A stretch of DNA of 64,000 nucleotides, taken from assembly GCF_009914755.1 (NCBI RefSeq), contig NC_060925.1. One strand, 5' to 3'. A program made the position numbers and the translations under genes. The DNA comes from the human T2T-CHM13v2.0 reference genome, Homo sapiens. How positions within the stretch are numbered: position 1 is the first letter of the stretch; every line of letters starts with the position of its first letter. The notes under the pieces were generated by a model. It was not told where the DNA came from. It saw only the letters and a program-made list of their open reading frames with translations, and did not search any database. Below are positions 39,801 to 57,904 of the stretch, one piece after another.

Positions 39801-42184
39801 AATCTTATTTTCAATGCTCTTTTTTGTTGAATAGTAGAAAATCTATGCAATTATTTTTAAGGAAAAAACAGCATAAATGGATATTTTCACATGTATGACT
39901 CAGGGATGCGTAAATGATTGCTGTCTCGAGAATACCATCCTATGGGGTTCTCTAGATTGGAATAACATAAATGGGTATCCTTTCCTATTCTTGTTACAAT
40001 CATTGTCACAAGAATTTTAATGCACCATATATTCCATAATTTTTTTTTCTCTGTGCTGGACTGCTCTGACCTTTTCAATATTCTATAATTTGACTGGCTG
40101 GCCATTTCAGTTCTCTCCTTTTTACAGCCTTATTAACTTGTGGGAAAGAGGTGACATGAACAACCAATCAGAATACATAATATTGCAAAGGTCAGCGTAG
40201 TCCTGTACAGTATCATAACACACACAATACTGTATGCCAGGCATTAACATCCTGATATCTTATTCATGTGACAAAGATTGTAACAGGAACAGAAAATGGC
40301 ACAACATGAATCCATTCTCATGACAAAGATTATAATGAGAAATGACAGTGAACAAACCAAACTGATTCTTGTTACCTCGTGAGGATTTTATATGTCAGGC
40401 CTGGTCCTGCTTTAAGTTAGTCTTTTTCTGAATCCAATTACACCTTAAGGTAGAAAAGGTATTAACTAATTTTTCCCACTTCTTGCTGTACAAAGAAATA
40501 CTATATTTTTCTGGTATTAAGGTCTCAATTTTAGAGTTGTTCAGTTCCATCTCACTATCACGAAATTCTGCCAATACCAAAATCAGAAGACACTGAATTG
40601 TGATCAAGGTAAACTGGCAAAATCAGCCTTTACTGTGAGCCAAGAATTTCAGGTCTCTCTATATACCCTGTATTAATATTTAAGTTACATTTATTTATTC
40701 CTTCTAAAAATATTATTTTAAATTATTTTAACCAAAAAGCAAGTGTTTCTTCCAGATTCCATTTTTCTGATAGATCTCATGTTGGTAGGAATCTGAAAGG
40801 TGCTGAGTATTTGTTTATTTTGTAATTAATATATGGTGAAAGAAATCTATTCCTGGCCTTAAGTTTTTGACAATGTATAAAATATTTATGGACATATGCC
40901 TACGAAGCTGTCTTCTCCACAGGATATTTTGAAAGAGAAATAAATAGCCTATGAACCACTAAGACCTTCTGAGGACGGTGCTCGATTAATGCATCATATT
41001 TCTTACATTACTGTAATTACTGTAATAGTGATTTTAATTAGTTGTCATCTAGTCAAAGCTGTACTTCTTTGACTCCTCTTTAAATTGGTCATTCCTCTAG
41101 CCTGACAATTGTAGTGCAGGGAATAAATACATGCACTATTTTATCAACTCACCAAAAGATGCTTCAGACACATTTGTCCTGGTTGTGCCCATACAAGAGC
41201 AATGACAACTCTATAGATATCGAGAATCTTTATGTTTTGTTCTCTAGATCTTTTTTTAACGTGTAGGCACAATTACTGTTCTAAATATCGCAAATTATTT
41301 TTTAAAGTTTGTTGAAGCATGTTTTATTTTTCCCCATCAAGCTCTCTCTATGTACCACAGTCAGATTTTCCTAAATGTATCTCATTTTATGAATATCAGA
41401 AAGGAACTATAATGCATAAAGGATAGACAAAAATCTCTGTACCTTATGCTTAATATTGCTGTAATCCTAAAACTGCTCTAAAAATAGTTATAAAAATGAA
41501 AGATATATGTATATATGCATGTATATTATACATTTTATATATAAAGTTCACTACGATATATAAAATTCAGTACAGTTCACTATATATATGTATATAAACA
41601 CACAGAAAGAGAGAGAGAGTAAATTCAGAGATGTACTGTGACTATTGTAAATTGTAGAAGTATGGTCTATTTTTACTAACCATATATGCTCTGAAATGTC
41701 AGGGTTTTTTTCCACTTTGACTTATTTTTTTTGCCATTTGGGCAAACTTTTTTCCAACTGAACAAACTGATGCTGTTATCTCAATCAGCTAAAAGTTATT
41801 GAACAAATATACTCTCATAGAAAGTGGTCTCCGGCTTCCACACTAAACACTGGACATGAATACAACTATTTTATCACCAAAACGTGTTTCCTTTTAAAGT
41901 TCTGGTAGAGCCTTACTAACCATGCTGAACCTGCTGAGCCTGTGGTGCTACTAGGATCAGACAAGTAATTTGACAACCATTATTGATCCCAGACAAAGCC
42001 TATGGTCCATTCTTTGTTTAATGACATGTTTAACATTTTCTTCTAATTACTGGAAGATATATACTTGAGACGGTTCCTCTGTAAAAGAAGAGCAACGACT
42101 TGGGGGTCTGGATGAGAATGATATCATGTTTTGCTGTTGAATTCTACCTGTTTCATTTGCTACAGTCACACAGTAAGGTGTTCC

Positions 42185-42745
42185 TGTGTTAGTTACCTAT
42201 CGATGTGTCATGGTATCACCACGAACTTAGCAACATACATTTAGAATCTCATAGTTTCTGTGAGTCAGGAGTCTGGCACGGCTAACTGGGTCCTGTGCTC
42301 AGGGTCTCAAAAGACTGCAGTCAAGGTGTTGGCCAGGACTGAAATCCCATCTGAAGGTTCCAATGAGGAAGGATCTCTCGCAAGCTCAGGTGGTTGTTGA
42401 TAGTTTTCAATTTGTTGTAGGCTGTCGAGACTGAGGGTCTCAATTTTTTCTGGCTATTGACTCAAGGCTGCTCTCAGTTACTAGTTTTGTGTTGCCTGGC
42501 GTTCACCCTCATTTCTTCCCATATGGGCCTCCCCAGTGTGACCACTTGCTGTATCAAAAAGAGGGAGTCTTCTAGCAAGACAGGTTACAATCTTATGGAG
42601 GTGGCATGCTATCACCTTTGTTCTGTTCTACTGGTGAGAAGCAAGTCACAGGTTTTGAAGACACCCAAGGGAAGGAGAGTAAACAAGGACATGAACACCA
42701 GGAGGTGGGGAAAGTCAGATGCCACCTTACAGTCTCCCTGTTAGT
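42185..42745 (-). mobile_element. MLT1E/F-type MaLR solo LTR
   Basis: tgtgttagttacctat..ctcatagtttctgtgagtcaggagtctggcacggct..gactgcagtcaaggtgttggccagg. Confidence 0.8.
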
Positions 42746-42859
42746 CTCTGAACTGTATATATGAATCACCTTGCTAGAAAGAGATTTTGGACAAATTGTG
42801 AACTTTCACAGCTTCTAAATTAAGTGGTACCACACAACTGTCTTTCCAAAATACCTGAC

Positions 42860-43760
42860 AGAATGGAAACAAACTATGAAAACAGTAACATTAACAATTT
42901 TAGTTGAAGATTCTCCAGGTACAAATGTATAAAGGAAAAGGAAAAAAATGACCGACATGAATTTTGAAACCTAAAAGAAGAAAGAGATGGTAAATTCCTT
43001 CTTAGTATAGCGCAGCTCCTAACTTTGTTCCCAGAGGAAGGAGTATAAGCCAAAAAAAATCCTCTCCAATATGTAGAGAAATGAACTGAGTAGAGTCTGC
43101 AGAGACAGGAAGAGAAATCAGGGCTGGCCATCCTGCCAAGCACTGTGCTGAGTTGGGGGAAAAAGCTGGTGTTCCCAGGTGTGGGAGATACATGTGAATA
43201 AATGCAGCAAGTGCTGCCACAAAAGCTATATAATAGGATCTCAGAGGAGACAGAAAATCTGGATTCCCCAGAATTCTGCCCAGTGCATCTTCGCACCCTC
43301 TAGCAACACCTAGTGCTCAAAATTTAGGTCGAAAGAAGACTGACTAGCACCAGAAAGGAAAGGAAGTAGACCAAGCTCAGAACCAGTGCAAAATCTGGAC
43401 AGAGCTGCCCATACAAGGCATAAGCAAGATGAAGTTGAAGAAAAAAATAATATATCGAGTATTATACATACAGCTAAAGAAAGGATTGTAACATAAAAAG
43501 ACAAAATAACCATGTAGTTTGGGAAAAAATGATATATATTCCCTATAATATGATAAAATGATATTGCAGAGACAGAGAAACAATCTGGAAATTAAAAAAT
43601 GCAGTAAGTATTTAATAAACAAGTTAGAAAAAGCCAGGAACAGAATAGAGCTAAAATCTAAATCAATGGTATGATGAAAAGCCTTGAGAGAATCATAATT
43701 AATGCATAAGTAAAAAGATCAAGAAACTCTAACAATCAGGGAGAAGATAATAGGTATGTA
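42860..43760 (+). mobile_element. Ancient L1M 5' UTR/ORF1-like relic
   Basis: A-rich, coiled-coil-like decayed coding pattern typical of old L1 ORF1; by eye. Confidence 0.45.
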
Positions 43761-43849
43761 GAAAGAAATGATTAGAAACATAACTTAATTTTCTCTTTTT
43801 TTGTAAATGAAAGGACACCTGAAGTTCATGTGGTAAGACCATGGGACTG

Positions 43850-44200
43850 CCAGTCAGTTGCATTGCTTTCATCTGGGGACTACAAAGCTTGATCCAGTGA
43901 AACAATGGCTCACAGTCAACTAAGGATTATTCAAGATGCCTCTAAAATTGTTGAGAATCCAGAAGTAGAGTGATAATTTTCCAAGGCGACTGAATGGTGA
44001 TGGTGCCAGTGGGGGTGTCCTAAGAAGGCATAAGCTGGTCTGGGCTATGTTATTTGTGGTTCTCCACAAGTCTGACTCTCCAGCTTTCCTGACAACTTTT
44101 TGAACTGTTGAATTCCTTTAATATAATTCATCTCTGCCTGAATTAACCAAATTTGTTTCTGTTGTTTGCTACCAAGAATCACCCATGAATTGAGACAGCT
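43850..44200 (+). mobile_element. ERVL/MaLR-type LTR fragment
   Basis: 3' end aatataattcatctctgcctgaattaacc..tttctgttgtttgctaccaagaa. Confidence 0.5.
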
Positions 44201-44398
44201 CTAAAATAATGTTTACTGTTTGTTAACATTGGTTATTTATGGGTAGTGGGATTTTAGTGGATGTTGTTTTTCTGTATTACATAGATTTTTAAATTAGCAT
44301 TCATAATTTTTGCAAAATCAAATGAATCATGAGAAGATTGAAATATCCAAGGAAAGTATGTAAATTGCATTTTAATTTATAAACGAGTTATAATAAAA

Positions 44399-44607
44399 CA
44401 GGGTCCCACAAACTACAATCTACAAGCCAAATTTGGCCAGCTGCCTATTTTTGTAAATAAAGGCTTATTAGAACAAAAGTAATTATCTTTCTAGGAATTT
44501 TCATGATATAACTGCAGAATTGAGTAATTATGGCAGAGACTATATTGCCTGCAAAGTCTAAAGTGTTTACTTTCTATCCCTTTATAGAAAAGATTTGCCA
44601 ACCTCTG
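44399..44607. mobile_element. MER58A (hAT-Charlie)
   Basis: cagggt..aaactac..gccaaatttggcc..tttttgtaaataaa..ttatagaaaagatttgccaacctctg. Confidence 0.8.
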
Positions 44608-46930
44608 AATTAAACAATTAAAGAAGCTAACTTTTAAAAAATATACTGCCTTCCTGAATAAAGGGAGCAATTTCCAGTTTCTAGAATGATTCTCTTGAGT
44701 AAATATTTTTTTTAAAGAGTGGAACAAAGCACGTGGAAAGAATATTTTGTTGATATAGCCCTTTGTTACATCACTGCACCATACCTTCATTAATGTTTTG
44801 ATTATCTTTCATTATTCAGCATTAATAAATGCAAATTACTGAAAAGGAAATGAAGCTGGACAAAAATAAGTTCTAGACAGTCCCCTAATTCCACATGCCT
44901 AGGAAGTTTGCCAGTGGAAATCCAAGTGCCTGGCTTATATGGCTTATACAGCTGCTATTCTAAAGGCTTAATAAGAGTAACTGAAGAGTAATTAATGTTG
45001 CTTAAATGAAAGAAATATGGGTTTACTATTTTAACTCCTTCTAAAATACTTTTTTACAACATTCAAAGTTATATGTCTTCCTGAAAAAAAATCAGTGGTA
45101 GGTAATTTGTCCAAAACATGAAACATCCCCTTCCAATGGATTCTAGTGAAAATTAGTAAATGGCTAAATAAGGCTAAAATGTTTGCTGAAAGTAACAAAT
45201 GCAGTGTTAATATTACCTTGAAATTTATTTTAAGAATATGATTAGATAAGTGCATCAAATAATTGCCTTATTCTAAGTATCAAATAATGAATTACGGAAA
45301 GGTTTAATTGTGCCTTTTCAAAAATTTTGCTTAAGAACCTAGAACAGGTGGCTAGAGTCAGAGGCAAGAGAACAATAATATGGTACCATGAGTCCCAAAA
45401 TAAGCATTCGATATGTAAAGGATCATAAGATATAAATTTGTTTGTAAAGCAAAGAGAGTTTGATATATAAATGTTGGCCTCATTGAGGAACAACTTAATC
45501 AATTTTGCTCTCTAATTTAAAGTTGAGCTGTTTTTCTCTTTTAAATCCCCCAGATGGTGGCTTTCCAGCCTGGACAATTATAGAAATGAAAAGACCTAGG
45601 CTGGATACCTTCAAAGGCATTTTATTCACCTTAACTGTTTTCTTATTGTTAACCTAGACCAGTTGATATGGTTCAGCTCTGAAACAAGCATGTGAAAATA
45701 AATAATATCTTTGTCATGAAAAATAATCATTTACCTAATAGCACCCTAAGAATGTGGTTTGTAGCCACCAGTTGTATTAACAGGTCTTTTTTTAAAAGAA
45801 AGAATAAAGTTATTTTAAAACATGACTACATCTTAAGAAAAATATTGAGAAATTTGAAGTTTGCTGATGATGTTATAGCTACATATTTTAAGTCTTTATT
45901 TTTTAATCCTTGTTCATTTGTGGGGCTTCCATTGTCAGTATACAAATGAAGATTATTATCTTCTTTCTAAACATGTTCAGAACTCATAGATGTCAATAAA
46001 AATATTCAGTTCTTTGGGGGAGATGATCAGAAAGAAACTGGCTAAAAAGCGGACCTGGGAATCTCCAATCCATAATCAAATATCGAGATTGATTGTCTCA
46101 CTTGCACTTGTATTGATTTCAATTGGAGTAGCTCACCCAAGGGAATAATAAAAATGTGGAATAAAACTGATTTATGAGAACAAAATAAATCCTTTTGTGA
46201 GTGTAATGAATTGGTACTATTTAACCCTTTCAATCACAGGGTGAAAAACTATTTATTTTTTAAGAATTCTGAACTAGCCAAAAGAAGTCATATCAGAAAT
46301 GCCAATACTGCCAAGTGCCATTACATGAAGTTGTAATGCTGGGGAAGAAATGCTGCTCTAAACTTGGTGGAAGGCATTATTTGACATATGACATACTTTT
46401 AGCTTTCCTGGGCCAACTTCTATGTGTCATCACAAATGATGGACCTATAGATCCAAACTATTACAGAATCACTCAGTAGATGTTTATTGTGCTTATTTAC
46501 ATGAGACAGTTGAGAAGCTAGAACAAAACATGGTGGTACAACATTAACTACATTTAATTTTTTTCTCAATATAGGTGTTCTTGGTTTTAACTCAAAACAG
46601 CATTTAACAGTTATATTCATGGGACACTCAACAATATTCGAGGATAACAGGGATATTCAGGAGAGACAGACTTTGGCATAATTTGGCACAAATATTTGCC
46701 TTAAGAAAATTGGAGGACCAAATAAAAAAGGAGATGATTTGTTTATAAAACCCAGCAACTGTTTGACTCTATTAGTTGAGCCAACCAGCCGAGCAGCTGA
46801 TTCAATAAGAAAAATATCAGTCATGTCATTATTTCTTGAAACCCGGTAGACAAAACATTCCCAATAGTTTGGCATTGATTTAACTTTTAACTTTTCCTCT
46901 GTGTTAACATCTTATACATGTGTTCTAAAC

Positions 46931-47723
46931 CTTTGCTGTCCAATACAATAGCCCCTATCCACATATGGCTATTGAGCACTTGAAATGTGGGTAGTATGGC
47001 TGAGGAGCTGAATTTCTAATTTGATTTTAATGAATTTAAATTAAAAATTGATCATTGATTCAGTTACTGGAAAACTTTTAAATACATTTGAAACAATTTG
47101 GTATGTGGATCTACTTTCTCAACTGAAAACTTATGACATCTAAATGCAGACTGAATATATCTGATAAAAAATCTAAATTGAAATATCCTATAAGTGTAAA
47201 ATACAGACATAGATTTGGTAGAAAAAATAATGTATTATCTCATTAACTTTTAGGTTTTAATTACATGTTAAAATAATGATATTTTAGACAGATTGTATTA
47301 AATAAGGTATATTACTTTTTTTTTTTTTTTAACTGAGACTAAGTCACTCTGTCGCCCAGACTGGAGTGCAGTGGTGTGATCTTGGCTCACTGCAAACTCC
47401 GCCTCTCACGTTCAAGTGATTCTCCCACCCCAGCCTCCTGAGTAGCTGAGAGACTACAGGCATGCACCACCACTCCTGGCTAATTTTTGTATTTTTAGTA
47501 GAGACAGGGTTTCGCCATGTCACCCAGACTGGTCTCAAACTCCTGACTTCAGGTGGTCTGCCACCCTCAGCCTCCCAAAATGCTGGGATCACAGGTGTAA
47601 GCCACCGCACCAAGCCCTACTAAATTAGTTTTAACTGTTTCATTTTACTTTTTTAAAATGTGCATTTTAGAAAATTCAAAATTATATATGTAGCTCACAT
47701 TATATTTCTATTAGGCAGTGCTG
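46931..47723. mobile_element. MER33/Charlie1-type DNA transposon interrupted by an Alu
   Basis: gctgtccaatac..tggctattgagcacttgaaatgtg at left; gtagctcacattatatttctatt..cagtgctg at right. Confidence 0.75.
47316..47616 (-). mobile_element. AluSx-like full-length Alu nested in the MER33-like element
   Basis: Dimeric Alu with ctgacttcaggtg (S-type), T-tail at left. Confidence 0.9.
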
Positions 47724-48696
47724 TTCTGATGTGCTAAAGGGACAACTAGAATGCACATTTAAAATCCAGGTTCATTTTCATTTTAAATCAATGGAAGAAA
47801 ACCTCATTGTTCAAAGATCTGCCTACATATACTCACAAGAGATGGAGGTGAAACTTTTATTCACAGAAGGCACAGATTCTGTTTAATACATTGCATTGAA
47901 TTCATAGTCCTAAGAAAGCTGATTTCAGAACAACTTAGGAGTGTTACAAGAAGGAGTGCGTTGATTTGTTATCAGTTTGGCTTGTACTGTCATTGTGTTT
48001 AATGAAAGTACATAAAGGTAACTTTATTTATCTCCGCTGGCATAAAAAAGCTTTTAAAAAAATTAATACATTTTACTATTTACAATGAAACATAATTTAA
48101 TTCAGTTTGATGGTATCATAATTATTATAGCATAATAATTTTTCTAGCATGATAACTTTGGCATGTATGCCATACAGAGTAAATCATTAAATAGGAAACA
48201 GGTACAAATCAGAAAGATAATAAGAAAATCTATTATCATGAAGACATAAATTATTAGGGAAAAGTGGAAGTAAACCACCTTTAGCTAAAGAGATTCAAGC
48301 AAAAGTAAAGTGATAATAAATAATAATTGCAATTGCTGGGCTTCTGAAAGAAACTGAGGCCTAAGGTCTTTAACATCTCTTGTATAACAATCTCAAGATT
48401 TTTGTTCCCAATTTCTTATTAGAGTTTGAAGTTTTAAGGTCTTTTGTTTCTGAAATGCTTCCAATAGTTTTGCTATGAGATGAAACATGATATAAAGTCC
48501 TTCCTTCCCCCATGTTTTCCTATTTTGGCTTCACATATTTCTTCTTTGTCTAACTACAAAAGAATTTTTTTTTATTATAAATGTTAAGGCTATATCAGCA
48601 ACCATAAAGAGAAAAGCTGAAATTACCTAAAATGTGAAGATAATCATTGTTATTAATATTTTGGTATATTTTGGTGTGTGTCCTTCATATTTGTTC

Positions 48697-48697
<1 letters not shown>

Positions 48698-48744
<47 letters not shown>
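48698..48744. repeat. Compound (TA)n(CA)n microsatellite
   Basis: About 11-12 TA units followed by about 12 CA units. Confidence 0.95.
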
Positions 48745-49439
48745 GTATATATGGACATACATCTATACATATATGATCTACTGTCATATATTGCAATCAT
48801 AGAATTTTATGATGCTCATTGTTTTATAGCTGTAAGAATATATATTTTCTCATCAACAAATATACAGTATAATCTTTGTAATGGATTTACCACAATGCCT
48901 TCAATCCATATAGTTGAATATTTAGAAACACCCACCCTCTTGATTTTTATTATACATATAAACTCTGTCAGGGACATAATTTTATAAGGATTTTCCTGTG
49001 CACCTATCTAATTTTTTTCTAAAAATTTCAATAAGGATAATTTCTGGGGTTCTCAATGGATAGGAATATTTGAAACATCTTATATTTACTTCATAAGCTT
49101 ATTTTAATAATCTCACATGAATAACTGGAAGCAAATAATTACTAAAAAAAATTGGTTATGGCTTATTTAAAGAAACCATAATGTACGGATTGTATCTGTG
49201 ACACAGAACTTGAATTACAGCTCTTTCTGTTCAAGGTAAAAATGTCTATCCTGTCTGTTAACGTGTTATATCCAGCTAAGTTCATATGACTGAGTGGGCT
49301 GGACTCACGTTCTTTGAGTGTACAGATCTGTGTATTTTCTGTCTTCCTAGAGCTGGAGAAATTGCCAACTCAGAGATTTATAAATATTTTTAAAGTATTG
49401 AATAAAAATGGCATGTTTTAAAAACACTGACGTAATACC

Positions 49440-50760
49440 AGAGATTTTTTAAATATTATAATAAAAATAAATGAACACCATCACAAAAGTAAAAATACCT
49501 GGAATAACCCTAACAAAAAATGTGAGGTCCTTATGGGGAAAATAACAAAACTTTAATGGAGATACAAGCTGCTTAAGTAAATGGAAAAATAACACATTTC
49601 TAGATGAGAAATATTTTAAGATGTAAGTTTCAGAAGAATTAATGTATAAGAAGGAGACTCCATTAAAAATATTGCTGTCATTTTTTCAACTCAATCTAAT
49701 GTTCAACTGGAAGAATATGCATATGAAAAGAACTAAGACCTTTTAACAGAAATGAATAATAACCTGAAGGGAGAAAATAATGACTTTACCCATAAGATAC
49801 AAATGTATTTTCTAAATAATTAAGATGTTGAAAGCACCACAATTCAATCAGATTAGAAACAGGTAAAAGGAGAAGAAATAAATAGCTCAGAAACAGGCAG
49901 CATCATGTATACAAATTTAAGTCTGATAAATTTAGCAAAATAAAGCAACATATGTTTCAACTGTAGACGGAGAAAATATTTTTTATAAAAATAAATTAGC
50001 AAAGATTTAATTATCAAAAATCTGAAGTACTACATCATAAACCTCATAAAAAGACCAAAAAGATAAATCAGATAAAATATTTAAAATTGTAATGACTAAG
50101 AATTACTATCTATATTATTTTAGCTTCCATAAATACCAAAACAAATTTTAAAACCTCTAAAATATTCTGGGCAAAGTGTGTGAGCAGACAAAAAAAGAAA
50201 GACAAACAAATAGGAAAAGAACATATGGAAAATGTTTGGTCTCAATAGGAATAAAAGAAATGCAAATTAGAGCAACCTACCATTTTTATCTATCAAATGC
50301 ATATAACTACAGACAGATGAACACATTTGTATACTATTAGAAGCCATGTGAAATGATGTAATTTTTTTGAAAGCATTTTGCCATGCATATCAAGTGTCTT
50401 CAAAAATATACTCAACCTTTAATTTAGCAATTCCTTTGTTGTTATACATATTAAGGAAAAATGTAGAAGTATGTGTTAACAATAAATATTCTTTCAAATA
50501 GTAAGAATAAAAAACCTAAATATCCAACAATAAGGAATTGATAAATACATGTTGGCACATCTATACTATAGTATATTAAGTACCTATTGAATATTAAATA
50601 CTTGTTATGAGTTTTTTGTGTGTAATACAAGAAACATTCATGATATAATGTTAAATGTGTAAAATATGATATGTGTTTGTAGTAAGATCTCAATACATTA
50701 TATATGCAAACACATGAATACACATATGTATATCTCCATAGAAAAAATGACTGCAAGCCA
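49440..50760 (+). mobile_element. Ancient L1M ORF2/3' region relic
   Basis: aaaatacctggaataaccctaacaaaaaatgtg..gaaatgcaaattag..tagcaattcc; heavily decayed. Confidence 0.6.
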
Positions 50761-50783
50761 ATAACACATTTATAATTGCTACC

Positions 50784-51086
50784 TTTTTTTTTTTTTTTTT
50801 TCTGAGACAGAGTCTCGCTCTGTCACCCAGGCTGGGGTGCAATGGCGTGATCTTGGCTCACTACAATCTCCAAATCCTGGGTTCAATCAATTCTCTGCCT
50901 CAGCCTCTCGAGTAGCTGGGATTACAGGCTCCTACCACCATGTCCGGCTAATATTTTTTTTTGTATTTTTAGTAGAAATGGGGTTTCACCATCTTGGACA
51001 GGCTGGTCTTGAACTCCTGACCTTGTGATCCACCCGCCTCAGCCTCCCAAACTGCTGGGTACAGGCATGAGCCCCTGCACCTGGTC
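50784..51086 (-). mobile_element. AluS (Sg-like) full-length Alu
   Basis: Dimeric Alu with ctgaccttgtgatcc; degenerate TSD taa(t/c)tg(c/g)tacc. Confidence 0.9.
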
Positions 51087-51195
51087 TAACTGGTACCATT
51101 TTAACAAAACTGTCTCTGAAGAAAAAAGACACTCCAATCTAAGCCTTTAGCTACTAAATGTAACTAATATTCAACTGTGTAACAATTGAAAATTT

Positions 51196-52699
<1,504 letters not shown>

Positions 52700-52762
52700 T
52701 ATGATGTTAGCTGGTTATTTTGCTCGTTAGTTGATGCAGTTTCTTCCTAGCCTCGATGGTCT

Positions 52763-54790
<2,028 letters not shown>

Positions 54791-55049
54791 AATGAGAACA
54801 CATGGACACAGGAAGGGGAACATCACACACTGGGGCCTGTTGTGGGGTGGGGGGAGGGGGGAGGGATAGCATTAGGAGATATACCCAGTGTTAAATGACG
54901 AGCTAATGGGTGCAGCACACCAACATGGCACATGTATACATATGTAACTAACCTGCACATTGTGCACATGTACCCTAAAACTTGAAGTATAATAATAATA
55001 AAAAAAAACAATTGAAAATTTGAAAATTTTTTGTAATTATTGCAACTAC

Positions 55050-55800
55050 ACTTTTACTTTATGCCAAAGTCCTTAAAACAGTCTGCTGCATGAAGTAGCT
55101 CCTGTCTAACTTTCTAGTCTCATCTGTGCCATTCTTTTCTTCACTCCCTAGCCTAGCTACAATGTCCTTCTTTCATTTCCTCAAATCCACCACAATTTTA
55201 CCTTCCTCACATCCTTTACAAATGCCATTCACTTTGGAATCCTCTTTCTAGTTTCTGAGTTGGTGTCTAGTCATGTTACAGTTACCCTAAATGTCATCAG
55301 CTCAAAGAAACTTTCTTGACCCTCCAATTTATATTAAGCTTCTTATTATGAAAATCTTAGTTATATATACTTTTACTTTAATAATTATTAAAGTCTGTAA
55401 TTTTATATTTCTATATGATTACTTGGGTAATTTCTAGCTCCCCTTGTTAAACCACAAGCCCCTTCAGCACACAGACCATGCTTGCCAGATATTTAAGTAC
55501 TTTCTAAATGTTTCAGATGTTGAAAGCATAGTGATTAAGTTAGCATAGTGATGATTTGGAGAAATAGGTTTACAATGGGAAGGAATAAATATCCCAGAAA
55601 CAGGCACCATCATTCGTATAAATTTAAATGTCTAACAAATTTAGCACAATAAAACAACATATGATTCAACTCTGGATAGAGAAAATTTCTCTACTCAACT
55701 CCAGCAGCTATCATTTAGTTTCTGTCTTGTTCCATAAAACAAGCTAGATACATGCTTTCTACATGAACAAATGAATGAATGTCCAAATAAACAAATAAAT
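55050..55800 (+). mobile_element. L2 3' relic interrupted by a ~220-bp insert
   Basis: Pyrimidine-rich L2 body ..cagaccatg, then insert, then tctgtcttgttc..aatgaatgaat terminus. Confidence 0.55.
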
Positions 55801-57904
55801 TTCTTAATTTAATTCTATGATTTTTGATTTCTGCTTCTTGGGTGTAAAACTCCCTTTGCTTCTCCCCAAAGGCATATTGCTAGAAGGAAAAACATAAATT
55901 TTATTTGCAACCCTATTTATAAATAAAGAATCCAAGTTCTCTAAAAGCCATATACTTTTTTTTTCATAAATAGCCCACTAGAATCCTTAGATTCTGCAAC
56001 ACTAATAATTGAGTAAAGTAACACATTGATTATGAAGAATTTCACACAAAAATTTGGGAAATATGTTTGATGTGGGCTGTTCTTGGTATATAGAACTATG
56101 ATTTAGGAGTCACCTATTATCACTTTCTAAGGGGCCAAACATATGGTTTGTAATCCTCATAACTCTGTATAATGATAAGGACCCATCACCATCCAAGGAA
56201 GTTGATCCCTAGATTCCCACAGGAGAAGTTCAGGAATCAGAGAAGGGAATTCCTTGCTGTAGGGTGTGTCTTAGAGGCTAGAGAAGGACATTGGCCCCAG
56301 ATGGCTAGATTTTTTTTCTATTTCTCTGTGTAATCCATTCTTCCGTTTCCCTCTAACATCAATTCACAGCTGACACTTTCCTACTGAGAACCTCCTAGGT
56401 AAAATGGCTATATGTTCAGTCTACCAAAATCTAAACACTGATTCTAATATTACTATTTATTCAACAAGCACTGAACTCTTGCCACAACAAAGCATGCAAA
56501 AACCAACACTAGACAGGCATATCAGTGGTACACAACTATAGGTAAACATTATATATCTGCCCCACGGCTGGCTTATCCAGTTGAACTTTATCATGCATGT
56601 ATTAGAAATCCCCCAAATCACTTGTGGTGTGGGTTTGAAAATGGTGTGAGTATTTTTAAATGCTTTAAAAATTTCTCTAAATAGGAGAATTTTATTTTAT
56701 TTTTTAAATTATGCAAAGCCTTCCAAAGCCAAAGGTACATCATCTGGGTGATCTGCTGATTGTATTTTGCTTCTAACAGGCTCCTTTCATGAGGAGTTAG
56801 AATGGAGAGATTCCTCCACAGAGATGCTCTGCAGAGTTTGAAACATAAAGTTAAGCCATGAGGACAATGAAATCCTGTGCCCTCTCATGGCTCTGTGGGC
56901 TGCATATCCTGAATCAGTGTACGACCCATGGTTACAATTTCCATTTCATCATTACATCGCCGCCTCAACAGACACAACAGCATAGAGTATGCACTTGTTC
57001 ATTATGTCAAGAAAATAGCCAATTAGATATCAGACAAATTCAATAAGCTGCTGTGTGAGTGTTGAGAACAGATGAGGTCTTAAACAAGTTTGATAAATTA
57101 ATGCTTAACTCCATTCTTGTGGAAGAATATGTCCTAATTAAACATTTCTATAGCTTTATTGGCCATGACATGATATACAATCAGAAGTGTCAATACATTC
57201 AGTGCATATACATTCTATAGCCCAATATTTGAAATGACAGATATCTTATTATTGCCCGTTTATATTTTCATTAACAATATGGCCATGATTTGTAGTCCAG
57301 AAAAAATGCCTTTTGATTTCCCAAGTGTTTAGATTTGTATGTATTTATACATCCAGAAATGTGTTGGAAACTTACAGAAAGATATAATAACTATACTTTC
57401 TTTTTTGCATAAGAGACATTTGCTTCCAAACAAATAGAAACAGAGTAATTTTCTCTATTTCCCCTACATTCCCAATGTTTTTTATATTAATACTTGCTTT
57501 GACCATAAGAACATTGTCCCACAGTTTTTATTCCTAATATCTTTTGTGCTGATTTAGAAACAACATCTGAAATGGTCAGGAAGAGAGGTCTGGGGCTGTT
57601 GTCTGTAACTAAAAGAACTCCTTATCATGACACTCATTTAATTTCTTCTAAGTCTCTAAAATAAATTGTGTGGTTAATAATGATGTAATGTCATAAGACA
57701 TAGTACAATATCTTTAACATGTTGTTGCTTGATGAGTATTTGTGTATGAAACACTATCACTTGCTGCTTTAGACTTTAACTGGGTTTCAATTTTCACAGA
57801 TTGGGTTTTATATTTTTAAATGAGATAAAGCTGTACTTTCTTTGACCTTTCTTTCTAAAAATATATGCTCTGAAATCAGAATATGTGGGCATAAAAAGAA
57901 ATAG

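Noticed and set aside
38354-41590. Short imperfect tandem duplications (near 38354-38415, 39222-39245, 40262-40345, 41545-41590) as a CRISPR-like or functional array
   Set aside because: Only two copies each, no repeat-spacer architecture, eukaryotic context; ordinary slippage products.
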